Source: an uncultured Verrucomicrobiae bacterium
Lineage (GTDB): Bacteria; Verrucomicrobiota; Verrucomicrobiia; Chthoniobacterales; Chthoniobacteraceae
Assembly (NCBI GenBank): GCA_963836755.1
Contig: CAWIKF010000002.1
Location: forward strand, 1,280,001 to 1,344,000
DNA: 64,000 bases
Direction: 5' to 3'
In this document: piece by piece, positions 18,563-29,205 of the stretch
Layout: each line of letters begins with the position of its first letter
Numbering within the stretch: position 1 is the stretch's first letter
Made by a program: the position numbers and the translations under genes
Notes under the pieces: model-generated
What the model saw: only the letters and a program-made list of their open reading frames with translations
What the model was told of the DNA's origin: nothing
Database searches by the model: none

Positions 18563-19342
18563 TTATTCGATGCTGCGGATAAATCGCTTCAGATGGAATG
18601 CGGCAAGTGAAACGTCTGAATGAGGTATCGAAGAAGTTCGTCCTTTGAGTGCGGCTGCAATGTTTTTCGGGTTAAGAACCCACGCATCGCCCGACTTGGC
18701 TTTCTGCTCTACATACCATCCCGGATAAACCACGATAGGCCACACAGGAAAGTCCTTTCCGGTCGATGCCTTTAAAGTTTCCTTGATGAAGCGAGCATTG
18801 GCTTTTGCCTGGTCAATCGGATTAGGTTCCACCACTCGATCGTGAATCATAATCTCCTTGCCGTCGAAATAAACCCTCTCCTCCTGACCTCCCGACTTCG
18901 ATCTCGTTTTGGTTTCAACGACGTAAACTCCAGTAGCTCCAATCAGTACATGATCAATGTTGAAGTTTCCTCCAACGATATCATGCAAAACCTCATAGCC
19001 TTGTTTCCGCAACTCATCCAGATGCTCACCAATAATTCGCTCGCCATCTCTGCCTAACAGTAAATCTTGGCGTTCTTGCCACATTCTCCGGATTTTAGGA
19101 AAACAAAAACTGCAGACTGCTATCGCAATGAAGGTATAGGGGATTGGATGCGGGTTGTCCTTGCTATACCAACGCAACCACTCCGCCGCCATATTCCAGA
19201 GAATGAACAGGCAAAGTAGGCAAAGGCCCATAAGGTCCAACGAACGGCCGTAAAGTTCCGCTGTCAACGATTGCCCAGGGGCTCGTAAAGGCTTTTCCTT
19301 AAGCGGGGATCGAATCGCTGGCTTATTTCCGATATCCATCAC
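18563..19342 (-). CDS. NERD-domain nuclease with two N-terminal TM helices
   Basis: G..GE, LHD, NIDHVLIG..GVYVVETK, PIDQA. Confidence 0.85.
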   Translation of the reverse strand: MMDIGNKPAIRSPLKEKPLRAPGQSLTAELYGRSLDLMGLCLLCLFILWNMAAEWLRWYSKDNPHPIPYTFIAIAVCSFCFPKIRRMWQERQDLLLGRDGERIIGEHLDELRKQGYEVLHDIVGGNFNIDHVLIGATGVYVVETKTRSKSGGQEERVYFDGKEIMIHDRVVEPNPIDQAKANARFIKETLKASTGKDFPVWPIVVYPGWYVEQKAKSGDAWVLNPKNIAAALKGRTSSIPHSDVSLAAFHLKRFIRSIE

Positions 19343-19383
19343 TGTGCACGTTTAGCAACCGCGCAATCCTGTTTCCGTCCTAC

Positions 19384-19803
19384 TCACCTTCCCGCATAAG
19401 ATTCTGAATGCGACAGGTGCTTGTTCCAATTTGCTGTGTACTTCGCAATCAGGTCCGGCACGTTTTTCATGATGAGCAGGTTTTCAGCGTTACTATGCTC
19501 CGCCGCCTTGGTGAAATTAAACGAGCCAGTGATCAGCGTCTCCCCATCAATGATCATGATCTTGTTATGAGCTATGGCATGCTTGCCGTCAAGCCAGGTC
19601 GGGATTTTGGCATGAGCGACAAAATCAGCCGCAGCCGAATATTTGCCTGTTGTGTTGTCCTTTTTGTCCAGGATCACCTTCACATCGACCCCTCGCTTGT
19701 GGGCATCTACCAGAGCCTTGGCAATCTCGTCACTGGTGAAGGAATATGCTTGAACCAGCACCGTCTTCTTCGCCGCGTTTAGCTCGCGCACGATCGCATC
19801 TGT
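19384..19803 (-). pseudogene. PLD-family (Nuc-like) nuclease, 5'-truncated
   Basis: AYSFT, HNKIMIID, TGSFNFT..A...NAEN; lacks the FSP motif and signal region. Confidence 0.8.
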
Positions 19804-19885
19804 TTCTAAGGTAGTGAGTTTTACCCGTCCGGGCCGTCCGGGAATTAAATACGGGCCTGCCCTGTGACAGGCAGACCCGCCGGTG

Positions 19886-20074
19886 CTATCGCTGCACCGT
19901 ATTTTTCGCCAAGAACCGCTTCAGCTCGTCCACGGAGATGACGATGTGACGAAACGCGCGGCAGACCGCGATCTCCCCACTATCGATTTTTCTCCGCACA
20001 CTGCTTTCGCTGATACTCAGCATTTGCGCCGCCTGCTTTAATTTCACAGACAGCTTCCCCTCGGTATTTTGCAC
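19886..20074 (-). CDS. Excisionase-like HTH protein
   Basis: QAAQMLSISESSVRRKIDSGEI...IS..EL..FL. Confidence 0.75.
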   Translation of the reverse strand: MQNTEGKLSVKLKQAAQMLSISESSVRRKIDSGEIAVCRAFRHIVISVDELKRFLAKNTVQR

Positions 20075-20336
20075 TGTTTTTACAATTGCTTGTGCAGCAG
20101 TTGTAACTATCGGTTTCTTATTCGGCCCAGCATCTCTGCTGACGCCTTTTTACCTGCGCCGTTTCCGGCTAATATTTCAGCACGTAGTATCTTGTCCTGT
20201 CACTACTGCCGGAAAATCGATTTTCATGGATTTTCAAGCGTCGGGACAATCCACCGCAACATCCAGTCACGCAAGCGCAAGAATGGCCATTGATTGGAGA
20301 GGCGAGAAAGATTGCCGCGAAAGCAAAACGTCCTCC

Positions 20337-20359
20337 TTTGTAACCCACTTTTGTAACCC
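20337..20359. repeat. Putative integrase arm-type direct repeats
   Basis: TTTGTAACCC twice with 13-bp period, ~130 bp from the half tRNA. Confidence 0.6.
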
Positions 20360-20487
20360 GACGATGCTAAAATGACGATATTCCTGACAACGTGAGAAAT
20401 TTGTGAATCGTCCGCAAACCCTGATGCATACTAGGTTTGAGCGGATGGGATAACATGTGAGGATGTGGGGAAAAACTGAAAATTCTC

Positions 20488-20525
20488 CGTGTGAAGCAAG
20501 CGCTCTACCACTGAGCTAATCGCGC
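20488..20525 (-). pseudogene. 5' half of tRNA-Val(CAC), att-site remnant
   Basis: GCGCGATTAGCTCAGTGGTAGAGCGCTTGCTTCACACG; no 3' anticodon strand, T arm or acceptor strand. Confidence 0.85.
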
Positions 20526-20724
20526 CAAAAGTTTTGACTTACCAACTGCGTATGATTCTGTCGCTTCATTTGCAATCACATTGGGCGATTGCTTTGGAAT
20601 ATTTGTTTGCTTGCTCATCCGTTTCCGTGACACCATTCGACGGTCGAGAAAACTCGATATCCAGAATCAAACTTTAAAGGCATTCCTATTCGACGCAACA
20701 GTTTTCGACCATTCGTCCCCGTCT

Positions 20725-21618
20725 ATGCGTAACCTCCTTCCTTTAATCGCCTCTTGTGGAGTCGTGCTGTCCACCTTCTCTGCAGTTTACGCCGCCGATA
20801 ATCCCGCGCGGTCCACATGGTGCCGTTTCGTGCCTGAGCGGATGGACGATTTCGCTTGGGAGAACGATCTGATTGCTTTTCGCGCGTATGGCCCCGGCAT
20901 CAAAGCCAGCCCGGACGGCGTGGAAAATAGTGGTATCGACTGCTGGCCGAAGCGCGTCACCTATCCGATCGTCGACAAATGGTATCGCCAGGAACATGAC
21001 GATAAGATTAGTTATCATCAGGACCACGGAGAGGGCTACGACAACTACAGCACAGGGAAGTCGCGTGGCTGCGGCGGCACAGCCATCTGGCTTTACGGCG
21101 CGATGCAACTATCCGGGCCTTACAAGACATGGAAGATTATTTCAAGAGAAGCGGCAAAGTCGGTCTTTGAGTTGACCTACAACTATGACATCGATGGGAG
21201 GAAAGTTCAGGAAGTAAAAACGATCTCAATAGAGCTAGGAAAGCGGCTTTTTGAATCGCAGTCTACCTTTACGGAAGATGGCAAGCCCGCGGACCTCGAC
21301 GTAGCCGTTGGCATCACGACGCACGATCAAAAGGGGAAGTGCACCTTTGACAAAAAAGAAGGCTGGATGTCCGTCTGGGAAATCATCGACAAGTTTGGCT
21401 TCGGAACGGGAGTTGTAATGAAGCCGAGCCGCATTAAGGAGATGCGTGAAATCAAAAGCGATGTGCATGATGAAAGCCATGCCATCTTGATCGTCCATAC
21501 CGATGTGAAGGGCAGTGAGACCCATTACGCCGGTTATGGTTGGGAGAAGGCGGGAGTCATCACGACTCAGGAAAAGTGGAATAGCTATCTCAGTGACTTT
21601 GCAGCGTCGTTGAAGTAA
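20725..21618 (+). CDS. DUF4861-family secreted protein
   Basis: Signal peptide; RFVPERMDDFAWEND.IAFR.YGP, SGIDCW.KR, YH.DHGEG.D.Y. Confidence 0.8.
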   Translation: MRNLLPLIASCGVVLSTFSAVYAADNPARSTWCRFVPERMDDFAWENDLIAFRAYGPGIKASPDGVENSGIDCWPKRVTYPIVDKWYRQEHDDKISYHQDHGEGYDNYSTGKSRGCGGTAIWLYGAMQLSGPYKTWKIISREAAKSVFELTYNYDIDGRKVQEVKTISIELGKRLFESQSTFTEDGKPADLDVAVGITTHDQKGKCTFDKKEGWMSVWEIIDKFGFGTGVVMKPSRIKEMREIKSDVHDESHAILIVHTDVKGSETHYAGYGWEKAGVITTQEKWNSYLSDFAASLK

Positions 21619-22454
21619 TGGACATGGAACTGCGGCACGCCGTCGGGAAACGCGAATACGAACGGATGACCACGTCCGAACTACGCGCTGCTTTCTTGCT
21701 GAAATCGCTGTTTAAAGACGGAGAAATACGAACCAGCTATTGGGAGACGGACCGCGCCGTAATTGGCGGGGTAGTTCCCAAAGCTAAGCCGTTGCATCTA
21801 GAGACTACCAAACAGCTGGCCTCTGAGTTTTTTAGCGAGCGAAGAGAGCTCGGTGTGCTGAACCTCGGCGGGTCGGGAAAGATCAAAGTTGACGGAACGT
21901 CCTACGATATGGGGGCGCTTGATTGTCTGTATGTCGCACGTGGCAGCCGCGAAGTCATCTTTAGCAGCGATGATCCTGCTAATCGTGCGCGGTATTTTTT
22001 GATGAGCTATCCAGCGCACGCAATCTTTCCGACGACGTTGGCGCGCCACGCGGATGCGAACAAGCTTGAGCTTGGAAGCGACGAGACTGCGAACAAGCGA
22101 ACCATCTTCCAATACATCCACGAAACCGGCATCAAGAGCTGTCAGCTGGTAATGGGCTTTACGCGTCTCGAGTCCGGCAGCGTCTGGAATACGATGCCGC
22201 CGCATACTCACTCGCGGCGTTCGGAAGTGTATCTCTACTTCGATGTTGCAGATGATGCCGCAGTCTCGCACTTCATGGGACCTCCCGAAGAATCGCGGCA
22301 TTTGTTCGTGCATAATGAACAGGCGGTCTTATCGCCGATCTGGTCCATTCATGCTGGTTGCGGAACACGCGCATATTCCTTTGTCTGGGCGATGGGAGGG
22401 GAGAACCAACTTTTTTCCGACATGGACGGTATTGCGGTGCCAGAGCTAAGATAG
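21618..22454 (+). CDS. kduI: 5-keto-4-deoxyuronate isomerase
   Basis: ERRELG, SCQLVMG, WNTMPPHTH.RR.EVY.YF, SP.WSIH.G, WAMGGENQ. Confidence 0.95.
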   Translation: MDMELRHAVGKREYERMTTSELRAAFLLKSLFKDGEIRTSYWETDRAVIGGVVPKAKPLHLETTKQLASEFFSERRELGVLNLGGSGKIKVDGTSYDMGALDCLYVARGSREVIFSSDDPANRARYFLMSYPAHAIFPTTLARHADANKLELGSDETANKRTIFQYIHETGIKSCQLVMGFTRLESGSVWNTMPPHTHSRRSEVYLYFDVADDAAVSHFMGPPEESRHLFVHNEQAVLSPIWSIHAGCGTRAYSFVWAMGGENQLFSDMDGIAVPELR

Positions 22455-22457
22455 CCG

Positions 22458-23225
22458 ATGGTTCTTGACCGATTTCGATTGGAGGAAAAGACAGCCTTGG
22501 TCACTGGCTGCAAACGCGGCATTGGCATGGCAATGGCAGTCGCCCTTGCGGAAGCGGGCGCTGACATCATAGGTGTAAGTGCTTCGCTCGAACTACAGGG
22601 GAGCGAATTGGAAAAAAAGGTCCTGAATGCCGGGCGTAAGTTCAAGGCTTATACCTGTGACTTCTCACAGCGATCAGCGCTTCTCAGCTTCATCGAACAA
22701 GTAAAAGTCGAGAACCCGCGCATCGACATCCTGGTCAATAACGCCGGAACCATTCTTCGGCAGCCGGCCGCTGAACATTCCGACGAATATTGGGACCAAG
22801 TGATGGAAGTAAACTTGAGCGCCCAATTCATTCTTAGCCGCGAGCTAGGCCGGGAAATGGTTGCGCGCGGTTCCGGTAAGATCATCTTCACTGCTTCGCT
22901 GCTCACCTTCCAAGGCGGGATCAATGTTCCAGGCTATGCTGCAAGCAAAGGCGGCATCGGACAGCTTACGATGGCTTTGTCAAACGAGTGGGCGGGCAAA
23001 GGTGTCTGTGTCAATGCCATAGCTCCTGGCTACATTGCCACTGACAACACGCAAGCTCTGCGCGATGATCCGGAGCGCAGCCAGCAAATTCTCGCGCGCA
23101 TTCCTGCCGGACGTTGGGGGCACCCGGAAGATTTCGCCGGGCCGGTGGTTTTCCTTGCGAGCGCAGCGTCCGACTACATGAGCGGACACATCATGGTTGT
23201 GGATGGCGGATGGATGGGGCGTTGA
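22458..23225 (+). CDS. kduD: 2-dehydro-3-deoxy-D-gluconate 5-dehydrogenase
   Basis: SDR; ASLLTFQGGINVPGYAASKG, RIPAGRWG, VDGGWMGR; adjacent to kduI. Confidence 0.9.
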   Translation: MVLDRFRLEEKTALVTGCKRGIGMAMAVALAEAGADIIGVSASLELQGSELEKKVLNAGRKFKAYTCDFSQRSALLSFIEQVKVENPRIDILVNNAGTILRQPAAEHSDEYWDQVMEVNLSAQFILSRELGREMVARGSGKIIFTASLLTFQGGINVPGYAASKGGIGQLTMALSNEWAGKGVCVNAIAPGYIATDNTQALRDDPERSQQILARIPAGRWGHPEDFAGPVVFLASAASDYMSGHIMVVDGGWMGR

Positions 23226-25587
23226 GTAGTTGAGAAACTTCACTGCCGGCGAGCAGGAAACATCCCAATCCGTAGTCTTCAAAGTTCGGCTTGCTGTCAA
23301 AAGTGACCGGCTGTCCATCCTTTGGTTCTTTGCCCGTTCCCTGCATGTAGGCAAGCCTGCCATCGTGTTGCAGGCCGTCATTCATCATGCCGTTCCAAGC
23401 CTTCGCGACTATTGGAATGAAGCGATCGTGATCAAGGAGGCCGTGATTGATTCCATAGGCCATGCCGTAGGTGAAAAGCGCGGTGCCGGTCAGTTCTTTG
23501 CCGCCAAAGTGCGTGGGGTCGTTGAGGCTTACATTCCAGAAACCGTCGGCGCGCTGGAGCGGTGCAAGTGCTTCGCACATTTTCACAAGAATCTTCTCAT
23601 ATTCCGCGCGATGAGGCTTGTTTGCGGGAAGTATCTGAAGGACGCGAGCCATGGCAGCAACTACCCAGCCGTTGCCGCGACTCCAATAACAATCCTTTCC
23701 GTTTGGTTCTTTGTAGGGAGGTAGAAAACTTTTGTCACGCCACCAAAGGCCAACAGTCGGATTGTAAAGGCCATGTCCGCCTTCCTGGTCACGGGTGAAT
23801 TCATACATCGCGTGCATCCGCTCGAGATAGCGATCATCGCCAGTGATTACTCCAAGCTTTGCAAATACCGGCATCGCCATCTGCAAGGCATCTATCCATG
23901 ACCAGTCATTGACTTTATCTGTCGCAAGCATCCCGTCGATTGACTCTTTGATCTGCTGCAATTGCTCCGGCTTCTTGTCGATCGCATAAAGTGCGAGATA
24001 GGTCTGTCCGCAGCATTGGTTGTCCGCATTTCGAGTGTTGGATCCACCCGACAACATCCAGTGATGACTCTCGCCCCATCGCTCCGCGTAATCGAGATAG
24101 CGCTGCTCGGGATGCACCTTGTTCAATGCCATCAGGCCTTCGTAGTAAACCGCCCGCGTCCAAACCGTGCTTGGTCTCGACTGGTCTGGCTTGCCGGGAA
24201 TGGGAATACCTTGTCCGGGATCAGGCCATTGCTTCATGAAGTAGTCATTGGCCAGCACCAGCGCCGCCATGACGTCCGTCTTCTTCGGCATAAGTTCTGA
24301 ACTCGGGAGATCGGCAGCGTCGAGGACCTTGCCGTTAATCTTCACATTCTTCAGCGTGAGTCCTTCCACGTTTTTGATCCGAACCGCAGGCTTCTGCAGC
24401 TGCGCATCGATGTCTTGAAGTGTGATGTTGCGCAACGTGCTTTCGGGCGGCCCAGCGATGATGCCAAAGCCGATCGTCGATCCCGAGATACTCGAGAGCG
24501 TGATATTCTCCACCAACTGCTTTGGCGGTGCGTTGCCCTTCAAGTCAAAATACTGCGTCCACGGCTCGATGCTGATCAAGTTCCCGTGATCGTGGAGTGT
24601 GATATTCCTGACGTGGATGTCCTCATAATGCTGCGGTGTATCGGGCCGCAGTTTTAGACGAAGCACAACATTGCTTCCATTGTTCGTCGGTCCTTCGATC
24701 CGGCAGTTCTCCATCACCACATCGCGCACCTGACAAGCTTCGCTGCCGAGCGTGAGCACGCCATGCCCGAGGCCAAACGTGCAATCGGAAATGCGGATGC
24801 GCTCCACGGGCGGACTTTCGGTATCCTGATCCGCCAGCGGTCCCTTCGTTCCTTTCAAGGCGATGTCGTCGTCATCCACTGAGATATGGCAGCCGCGGAT
24901 CGTCACATCCTGACAGCTATCCACATCGATCCCATCGGTGCTCGGCGACCCCGGCGGCGTCTGGATGTCCACCTTTTCCACCGTCACATTTTGGCAGCGG
25001 TAAAGGTGCAGGTTCCAGAACCCGGAGTCACGCAGCGAGATGCCCTGGATGAGAACATTTCGCGAGTCGGAAATGAAAAGATTGCGCGGCCGATCCACAT
25101 CGAGGTTCTTTGTTTTCCTGTCCGCGTGCAGGCGGCTCCAGAATGCTTCCCAAAAAGGTTTGCCGCCGCCTTGCACCGTGCCGTTGCCGGTGATTCGCAC
25201 GCCATCGCAATGGTCGGCATTCAACAGCGCCGGCCGCCAGACTTGCGTGTGACCTTCGATCCGCGTCGGCCTCGACGGATAGTCCTCGATGTGTGTCGAT
25301 CCCAGCAACACTCCCTTCTTTTCCAAGTGCAGGTTGACGCCCGGCTTTAAAAAAATTGCCCCAGTCAAAAATCGTCCCGCAGGAACGACTACAGTTCCGC
25401 CGCCTTGCGCGGAAAGTTGATCGATCGCCTTTTGAATCGCGACCGTGTTCAGCGTCGTCCCATCTCCCACCGCGCCGGTCGCGAGAATGGATAGCTCGTT
25501 TGCGCCAGCGGCCGATGATTGCGCGCTCGCGAAAATGGGGCCGAGCAAAAGTGAAAACAGCAGCACGCCGGGAATCGAATGAATCAC
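23191..25587 (-). CDS. Secreted GH28 + GH105/GH88 fusion
   Basis: GAVGDG, STDGID, DDD, GHG..LGSE; then YYEG, NADNQ, WIDAL.M, WSRGNGW, E..GTALF. Confidence 0.85.
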   Translation of the reverse strand: MIHSIPGVLLFSLLLGPIFASAQSSAAGANELSILATGAVGDGTTLNTVAIQKAIDQLSAQGGGTVVVPAGRFLTGAIFLKPGVNLHLEKKGVLLGSTHIEDYPSRPTRIEGHTQVWRPALLNADHCDGVRITGNGTVQGGGKPFWEAFWSRLHADRKTKNLDVDRPRNLFISDSRNVLIQGISLRDSGFWNLHLYRCQNVTVEKVDIQTPPGSPSTDGIDVDSCQDVTIRGCHISVDDDDIALKGTKGPLADQDTESPPVERIRISDCTFGLGHGVLTLGSEACQVRDVVMENCRIEGPTNNGSNVVLRLKLRPDTPQHYEDIHVRNITLHDHGNLISIEPWTQYFDLKGNAPPKQLVENITLSSISGSTIGFGIIAGPPESTLRNITLQDIDAQLQKPAVRIKNVEGLTLKNVKINGKVLDAADLPSSELMPKKTDVMAALVLANDYFMKQWPDPGQGIPIPGKPDQSRPSTVWTRAVYYEGLMALNKVHPEQRYLDYAERWGESHHWMLSGGSNTRNADNQCCGQTYLALYAIDKKPEQLQQIKESIDGMLATDKVNDWSWIDALQMAMPVFAKLGVITGDDRYLERMHAMYEFTRDQEGGHGLYNPTVGLWWRDKSFLPPYKEPNGKDCYWSRGNGWVVAAMARVLQILPANKPHRAEYEKILVKMCEALAPLQRADGFWNVSLNDPTHFGGKELTGTALFTYGMAYGINHGLLDHDRFIPIVAKAWNGMMNDGLQHDGRLAYMQGTGKEPKDGQPVTFDSKPNFEDYGLGCFLLAGSEVSQLLNAPSIRHPQP

Positions 25588-25648
25588 AAATTTTGCAACT
25601 GAGGGCAGGGGAGTTTGAGTTGGATGACCGAAACGACGGACGGATTTT

Positions 25649-28379
25649 TTAATGACTCGCAGTCGCTGCCGTCAAGCTCACCGGCCCGAGCAAACCGCAA
25701 TCGGTGAGCGGCCAGTTCGCGGCATCGAAAGGCTTGTATTTGATGTTCACGATGTTGATGTCGTAAAAAGTTTTCCACGGCACGCCGCGACGATCCACAT
25801 CGCGGATGCGATTCGCGGCGACGCTTGTGACTTCCACTTCGAGCTTGTTGCCGGTGGGCTTCAGATTTCCCACAGCCACGCGGAATGGCGGCGTGAAGAG
25901 CGTGCCGTAATCTTTGCCATTCACGCGCACGCGCGCGCTCTGCCGCACATCGCCGAGGTCGAGAAAGTAATGCGCACCCGCCGCAGCAGGCGCGTCAAAC
26001 GTTGTTTCATATTTCGCAGTCCCGGCAAAAGCCTGCGTGCTCGGGTCCGGAAAAGTTGTCCACGATGCGAGCTTTGTCCGCTTCAAAATCCGCAGGCAGC
26101 TTCGGCCCGCCATCGATGAATTTCACCATCCACGGCCCGTTGATCGCCACCGGCTCGCCATTCGCCTGCCAATAATTCCATGCAGGCCCGTCCACCTTTT
26201 CCGCGGTCAGCGCGCGGAGGATCACCGAGCCGCCTGCGACCAATTGCAGATGAATTTTTCCATTCGCATTCATCGCGGCCACGCCGGATTTGCCGGTCAT
26301 CGGATCGAGCACGACGCTCGACTTTGCCGGGCGCGCGAGCGTGATCCAGCTGTCGAAATCCTTCCCGCCTTGATTTGCGATGAAGTAATTCCAGCCGCCG
26401 TCAAAGCTGCGCCGGACAAAGGAAAGTCCGCTTTGCGTCAAAGTCTCCAGCTTCACACCCACTTGCCTCACTTGCGTTCCGCCTCCAAACAAGACCTCGC
26501 CGCTCCCGAACCTCTTTGCACGGCCACCTGTCATCGACTCCACCGCGCCCGTCGAAACAGACTCAGCCAACTTTTTAAATTCCGCGCGCCGCTTCTCCAG
26601 ATCCTTCTCGCCCGGCACATCGGACGGCAAATCTTTTACAAAAATCACCGTCGCGCCTTTCTCCGCCAGCGCGAGCAATTGCCGAAAAGTTTCCAGCGGA
26701 ATGTATTGGCACGGCGGCACGACGACCGTCTTATATTTCCCGCCGGGCACCGCGATTTTTCCATGCTCGACCTTCGCCGTCATCAACTGCGCGTCCGACA
26801 CGTAGTCAAAGGCGTAGCCGAGCTTCCACAGTTCCGCCGCCGTGTCGCCGATCGGCTGGCTCGTGAACCAATCGCGCGCGCCGATGCTGTAATGCGGCAG
26901 CATCGTTTTCCCCGGCTTCATCCAGTAATCCGCGATCGGCCAGTAGAGCAGCACGTCGTTATCCGGCTGACCCGATTGCAGGATCGCCTGGCAGCGCGCG
27001 ATGTATTCGTCGAGCGCGGGCGCGTCGTGCCAGATGGAATTGCGCGGGTTCATCTCCGCGGAGGCGTAGAAATGCCAGCCGGGCCAGCCCGCCTCATCCG
27101 GCGAGTAGCAGCAGCCGTGGTAAAAAATGTGATTGATGCCCGAGAGAAACATGTCGTCCGCGAGATATTTCAGCTCCGCGAGCGTCTCCGTGAAATGTTC
27201 CGCGAGCCACGTGCCGGTCTCCGCGGAGGTGAGGGGATGGCCAGCCACGTGCGACGCGGAGGAGGCAAACTTTGAGACCAGCTTGTTGTGATCGTCGTGA
27301 AACATTTCCGTCTCGGGAATGTCCGCATCCGCGTAAAGGTCGAGCAGATTGCCGGGCGAGCCGTGCGCTTGGTTGCGCGTCAGAAATCCGTGCGCGTGCG
27401 CCCAATCAATCCACTCCGGCTGCGATTCCCGCGCCATCACTTCCGAAACCGTCTGCCGGTAATCGCATTTCACGCGCGCGGAAAGCTCGTCCTCGCCGCT
27501 GCCGAAAAGCGCCGGCAGTTCATCCTGCAATTTGTAGCCGCGCAGCTTTTCAAATTGCGCAAATAAATCCGGCGCCCAGTTCGAGCTGTATTCGTAGGAA
27601 TCCTGATAGACCGCGCGCGGCTTTGGCCCATCGTAATTTTTGAAAGCCGCGTCAAACCATTGCAGCCAATCGCTTACGGCTTTCGGGTAAAGCGGATTCA
27701 GCATCCAACCTTCGCCGCCGGGCGCCGGCCGTTTCACACGCTGGCCGGAAGGCCCTTGAGAAATTGCATAGACCGTCCACGCTTTCGACGCGCCCGCTGG
27801 CTCGGCTCCATTTCCCGGCGGTGAAAATGAAACGTCGCCGTCCGCGCTGATGGAATCTGTCAGCTCGGTTGCCTTTCCATCCGGCCCATAAGCCACCAGC
27901 GCCTGGATTGATGCGCGGTCGAACTTTTCCTTCCACCGTTCACCCGCGCTCAAGCTGAAAGTTTTCACGACCACTTTTGCATTCGCGTCCGCGTCGGTCA
28001 CAGTCGGCCCGCCGAAACACCAGCCGGTGCCGAGCGTCATGTCCACGCCCATGCCGAGCCGATGCGCCTCGCTCACGGCCCAGCCCATCATTTCCATCCA
28101 TTGCGGCGAAAGATAGGGGATGAACTTTGATTCGAACCCCTTCGCGCCGTAGATCGGGATGATGTGAATGCCGCCGAGCCCGCCCGCGTGATAGCGCTCC
28201 AGCTCACGCGTCAGGTTCGCCTTGTCCACTGCGCTCCCCATCCACCAGTTAAACGCCCACGGCCGCGTCTGTGCCGTGATCGGCGGCCATGAAAGCGCCT
28301 CCGCTGCGCGAGCCAAAGTGCCCGCGCCGGCAAAAGCAGCGAGCGCTGCGCCGAAGATCGCGAGTTTTCTGGAGTTCAT
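25649..28379 (-). CDS. GH106 alpha-L-rhamnosidase-like protein, frameshift near 26072
   Basis: RPW..WW.GSA, LGTGWCFGGP, DSYE, QAHG.P, PETE; C-terminal LDLG.V...GLLGPV in second frame. Confidence 0.85.
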
Positions 28380-28401
28380 TGGTTACGGATATTGGGGTCG
28401 A

Positions 28402-28758
28402 TCATTCTAGTCCGCGGCTGGAAATTTGAATAGGATTTCCCTCTGGGTCTCTGGCGTTGGCAAAGGCAAAGCCGTCAACCTCATGAACCTTGCCGAACTT
28501 CAGGCCGTTGGTTGCGAACCTTCGCTTGGCGCGATGGACGTCGACGACTGCGAAAACAATCTTCGCGGGCGAACGACCACGCTCGCGGGAAGTTGTTGTT
28601 GCGCGATGCAAGGCAAGGTTGCAACCACCGGCGGATAACTCCAGCCAACCCTCTTCAAAGCTATCCAGCGGGGCGAGGCCGAAATGACGTTGATAGAAGG
28701 CGGCAACACCAGGAACGTCTCTCACGAAAAGGATAATGCGACTAATGGGAATAGTCAT
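28402..28758 (-). CDS. VOC/glyoxalase protein (probable cassette)
   Basis: LFV.D...AAFY..FG, LALH, RDPEGN.I. Confidence 0.85.
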   Translation of the reverse strand: MTIPISRIILFVRDVPGVAAFYQRHFGLAPLDSFEEGWLELSAGGCNLALHRATTTSRERGRSPAKIVFAVVDVHRAKRRFATNGLKFGKVHEVDGFAFANARDPEGNPIQISSRGLE

Positions 28759-28829
28759 CGAATGCTTTGGCTCATGGTTCGTCGCCGCACGTTGTCGACC
28801 AAGCTATAAGGCGCTCGCGCTGCCGGTCT

Positions 28830-29123
28830 TCACGTGTAGGGAATCCAAAATCTACGTGACTCGACAAGCTCAACCTCACCGCTAAACAGAATCGGAGCTG
28901 GCAGCTTTGCGTAAAAGACGAGACCTCGGTAGGGAGTCAGATATTGGTGAACCGTGCGGAATATGCCCGTGGTCGTATGGACTACCAGCGGTCTCTCGCC
29001 GCGCGAAACAATCTCCATGAACGAACGAGGGTCCACAAGCACGATGGTTCCATACGCCTTCAGTGCGTTGATCACGGTTGCTTGTGCTGCTGCCGCGCCG
29101 GGTGTTGTTGCTCCGTAGCTCAT
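28830..29123 (-). CDS. Cassette gene, hypothetical
   Basis: ORF starts just after an attC end. Confidence 0.6.
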   Translation of the reverse strand: MSYGATTPGAAAAQATVINALKAYGTIVLVDPRSFMEIVSRGERPLVVHTTTGIFRTVHQYLTPYRGLVFYAKLPAPILFSGEVELVESRRFWIPYT

Positions 29124-29143
29124 AGAGTTGCAATGATTTCAGA

Positions 29144-29205
29144 GTCGAACGCCGAAAAGCTAGGCATTCGGGCCATTCGCCGTTGGCTCCAGCGCCTTGT
29201 CAGGC
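29144..29205 (-). repeat. Degenerate attC site (62 bp)
   Basis: GCCTGACAAGGCGCTGGAGCCAAC...AGCTTTTCGGCGTTCGAC on minus strand. Confidence 0.6.

Larger units (their letters stand above)
3693..20487. mobile_element. Composite/degraded integrative island (DNA-processing operon, defence genes, excisionase, att site); no integrase in window
   Basis: Mobile-element gene content, multiple truncated genes, arm-type repeats and half tRNA at the right end; left boundary uncertain. Confidence 0.65.

Noticed and set aside
3693..20487. Intact prophage or ICE
   Set aside because: No structural, terminase, relaxase, T4SS or integrase genes
20488..20525. Functional or intron-split tRNA-Val
   Set aside because: No 3' half or intron structure seen downstream
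28770..28829. attC between the VOC gene and 28830-29123
   Set aside because: Only a faint ATAGCTTGGTC resemblance; no R'' box or pairing
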